This document shows, in pieces, positions 42,193 through 44,586 of a DNA stretch of 44,586 nt (position 1 is its first letter; each line of letters opens with the position of its first letter). The translations under genes and the position numbers were made by a program. The stretch spans positions 1 to 44,586 of the forward strand of contig JBFXDW010000001.1 in assembly GCA_050180745.1 (NCBI GenBank). The letters run 5' to 3'. Source of the DNA: Bdellovibrionales bacterium (lineage in GTDB: Bacteria > Pseudomonadota > Alphaproteobacteria > UBA9219). The notes under the pieces are model-generated. The model did no database searches, was not told the DNA's origin, and was given only the letters and a program-made list of their open reading frames with translations.

Positions 42193-43871
42193 TCGATGCC
42201 TCCATCGAGAACGGCGAAGTCAGGATAAAGGGCGCAGATTGGGAATATTCGAAACTGAAGACCTCTGTCCACGGTATTTTAGGATCCGCCGTACGAATCG
42301 AAGGGCGTTCGTTCGTCTTTCCGGAAGCCTGTTTACCTCTTTTGCGGGACGTTCTTCCTGACGGAATCGGGATAGACGCTCATATGGAGGAAACTGTTGG
42401 CAGGTTCGCCTCCCATGCTTCCGCCAGAAACGTGGCGATGGAGATATTGGAACGACAAGGCATCGTTGGTGTATCCGACGACTGGAGTCGAAGATTGGAT
42501 CCAGCCCAAGCCGTAGCGGTCTCCGCGATGATATTGCCTGAACTTTTAGGACTTTGTCTTTTCGACGAACAGGGAAGCGGAAAGACCGTTATGACGATCG
42601 CCGCATTCGACATTCTCAGGTCTCGGGGAGACGTTGACGCGATGATCGTGGTTTGCCCGAAGAGCATGCTAAGCGAGTGGCCCAAGGACTTGGAACGATT
42701 CCTTCCCGACAAATATGTTATCGAAACGGCGGAAGGTTCTGGCCAAGAGAAGTATAGGTCTGCCCTTAAGAATTTCGACGTTCTCGTCACGAACTACGAA
42801 GGCGTGGATCAGATGCGCACAGCACTTTCGGCCACGGCGTCCAAGAGATCGTATTTGCTGGTTGTCGATGAATCTTACTATTTGAAGAACGCGGAGTCGC
42901 TAAGATCGGACGCGGCGGGCAAACTAAGGATGCATTGTTCCAAATGCTTCGTATTGTGCGGAACTCCGGCTCCGAATTCGCCGCACGATTTGATAAACCA
43001 GTTCAATCTAGCGGATCGCGGGTACACCTTTGGATCTTTCAGGAAGTCGAAGGATCCGGAAGAGGATAGAGACGAAATCTCTGCACTCGTCGAAGCGCGC
43101 GGAACGTTTATCAGACGGCTAAAGACGGAGATACTGCAAGACGTTCCGGAGAAGAACTTCCACGTCATCAAGACACCTCTAAGCCCTCGGCAGGCACTTA
43201 TGTACGAAAAGGCAAGAACTGAGCTGGAGTTGGAGCTTCGTGGACTGGATAACTCGATGTTCAGGAAGAAACTTCTGACCTACTTCCAAAAAAGAGCAGC
43301 GCTCCTTCAAATATGCTCCTGTCCGTCTTCGATAGATCCCACGATGAGCGATGCATCGGCGAAACTCCCCCGTCTTGACGAACTTCTGTCAAACCTCGTC
43401 GGAAATGGAAGAAAGGTCGTGTTGTGGTCCTTCTATAAAAGGAGCCTCGACGAATTGGAGGAAAGATATTCGGAATACGGCCCCGTCAGGATCGATGGAA
43501 CGGTGGGCACGAAAGCCAGAAGGGAAGCCGTGCGGGCGTTTCAGGAGGATCCCGAACGTATGTTGTTCATCGGCAATCCTGCCGCTGCGGGTGCCGGCAT
43601 AACGCTACATGCGTCTTACGATGCGGTCTACGTTTCGTATTCCAATCAGGCCGCACACTATATGCAGTCGCTCGACAGGATCCACAGGCGGGGACAAAGA
43701 TCGAAAGAGGTCAATTATTACCTTCTGGTTTGCGAGAACACCATCGAAGAAACGGAGGTTCTGCGTTTAAGAGGAAAAGAAATCCAACAGCATTCGCTTT
43801 TAGGAGATAGCATCGTGTGGCCCGGATCCCTCGACGAAGCCCTAAAGGAACTGTCTCGGGTGGAAGTTTAA
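42189..43871 (+). CDS. SNF2-family helicase/ATPase
   Basis: The start is set at ATG 42189 (ATGA overlap with the ParB-like stop). Motifs LFDEQGSGKT, LVVDESYYLKN, LCGTPAPNSPHDL and QSLDRIHRRGQ. Confidence 0.88.
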   Translation: MIDASIENGEVRIKGADWEYSKLKTSVHGILGSAVRIEGRSFVFPEACLPLLRDVLPDGIGIDAHMEETVGRFASHASARNVAMEILERQGIVGVSDDWSRRLDPAQAVAVSAMILPELLGLCLFDEQGSGKTVMTIAAFDILRSRGDVDAMIVVCPKSMLSEWPKDLERFLPDKYVIETAEGSGQEKYRSALKNFDVLVTNYEGVDQMRTALSATASKRSYLLVVDESYYLKNAESLRSDAAGKLRMHCSKCFVLCGTPAPNSPHDLINQFNLADRGYTFGSFRKSKDPEEDRDEISALVEARGTFIRRLKTEILQDVPEKNFHVIKTPLSPRQALMYEKARTELELELRGLDNSMFRKKLLTYFQKRAALLQICSCPSSIDPTMSDASAKLPRLDELLSNLVGNGRKVVLWSFYKRSLDELEERYSEYGPVRIDGTVGTKARREAVRAFQEDPERMLFIGNPAAAGAGITLHASYDAVYVSYSNQAAHYMQSLDRIHRRGQRSKEVNYYLLVCENTIEETEVLRLRGKEIQQHSLLGDSIVWPGSLDEALKELSRVEV

Positions 43872-43875
43872 AGAC

Positions 43876-44586
43876 ATGAGAAACTTCGTTTGGATATTGG
43901 ACGCGCAACTTTTCCCTTTCATCAAAGGAAACGGCGGAGTATCTGCCTCCTATGTGCTCCCCAAGGCCCAGGCTCCCGCAAATATAGAAGCGCTTGCCGG
44001 CGCGACTTTGTGGGTCGTCATGAGAGATGGAGACGGAGATTTCCTTTTTGCCCGCCTTTACGTTAAAATGATCGAACAATTTGAAGACGGTTACAACAAG
44101 GACGATTTCTTATTGACCGTAAACCAAGCCAAATCTTGTCGGATCGTTCCCGACACTGATTGGTCGGAAGAGCTTCCCGTGACGGAAACAAGGACCAGCG
44201 GAAAAGGCATCTTCGAACCGCAGCAGGAAATTGCAGACGCTTTAGGCGTGAGGCTACGGACAGGAATCTCCATAAACTTTAGAAAACCATCAGAAGCTTT
44301 GTTGGGCAGGATCGTTTCCCCGTCTACGGAACACGACGAAATTGATGTCGCGGAACGGTGGATATCTGCTGTTTCCTCGCAATTTTCCCTTAAAGAAATA
44401 TGGGGGACAAAAACTCCGTCCTTGGCTCCGTTCGCTCACTTCGCCTATCTCGGAATAGAAAAATTTTATGGACATGAAAAGGCCCTTTCCTTCGTTCGGG
44501 CATTGAACTCACTCGACCCGACCTCAGTAGAGCCGAACCCTCGAGAAAAGCGTCCTTCGGACAGAGCCTCTCCCGTCAAAGGGTTA
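43876..44586 (+). CDS. Hypothetical protein, 5' part (237 codons), runs off the right edge
   Basis: ATG 43876 lies 4 nt after the SNF2 stop. I translated the frame by eye with no stop up to 44586 (MRNFVWILDAQLFPFIKGNGGVSASYVLPKAQ...). It is absent from the ORF track because there is no stop in the window. Confidence 0.7.
   Translation, partial: MRNFVWILDAQLFPFIKGNGGVSASYVLPKAQAPANIEALAGATLWVVMRDGDGDFLFARLYVKMIEQFEDGYNKDDFLLTVNQAKSCRIVPDTDWSEELPVTETRTSGKGIFEPQQEIADALGVRLRTGISINFRKPSEALLGRIVSPSTEHDEIDVAERWISAVSSQFSLKEIWGTKTPSLAPFAHFAYLGIEKFYGHEKALSFVRALNSLDPTSVEPNPREKRPSDRASPVKGL

Overview
The window holds about 38 kb of a temperate tailed-phage genome (a prophage whose left end lies beyond nt 1), followed by a ~6.3 kb methyltransferase-centred gene island. 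Most prophage genes are on the minus strand. From left to right the modules are as follows. (1) RcGTA-type distal tail genes (1-3466), then a PhzF-family moron (3472-4269) sitting between them and the tape measure gene. (2) Tape measure, G/G-T tail chaperones with an A_AAA_AAC -1 frameshift site, tail tube and neck genes. (3) A lambda-type head module (capsid E, decoration protein, S49 protease, portal, gpW) and a GpA-type terminase (15510-17980). (4) An accessory block (18183-21243) that includes an AT-rich three-gene STAS/GHKL-ATPase cassette. (5) Two phage DNA methyltransferases (21320-23781). (6) A replication/recombination module: Toprim primase-like protein with 14 internal iteron-like 8-mers, RecD-like helicase, Cas4-like nuclease, DUF669-like protein, Sak4-like ATPase and RuvC-like resolvase. 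(7) A cro/cI-type switch with two tripartite operator clusters. (8) A DUF2924 plus large serine recombinase integration module (35551-38223). To the right of the prophage lie a decayed vsr gene and a tightly packed five-gene plus-strand operon (38773 to beyond 44586): C5-MTase, unknown, ParB/Srx-like, SNF2 helicase, unknown. I consider this operon the best candidate for an undescribed defence system; the STAS/GHKL cassette is second. I saw no rRNA, tRNA or CRISPR array. All family assignments come from motif recognition by eye and from gene order, not from database searches.
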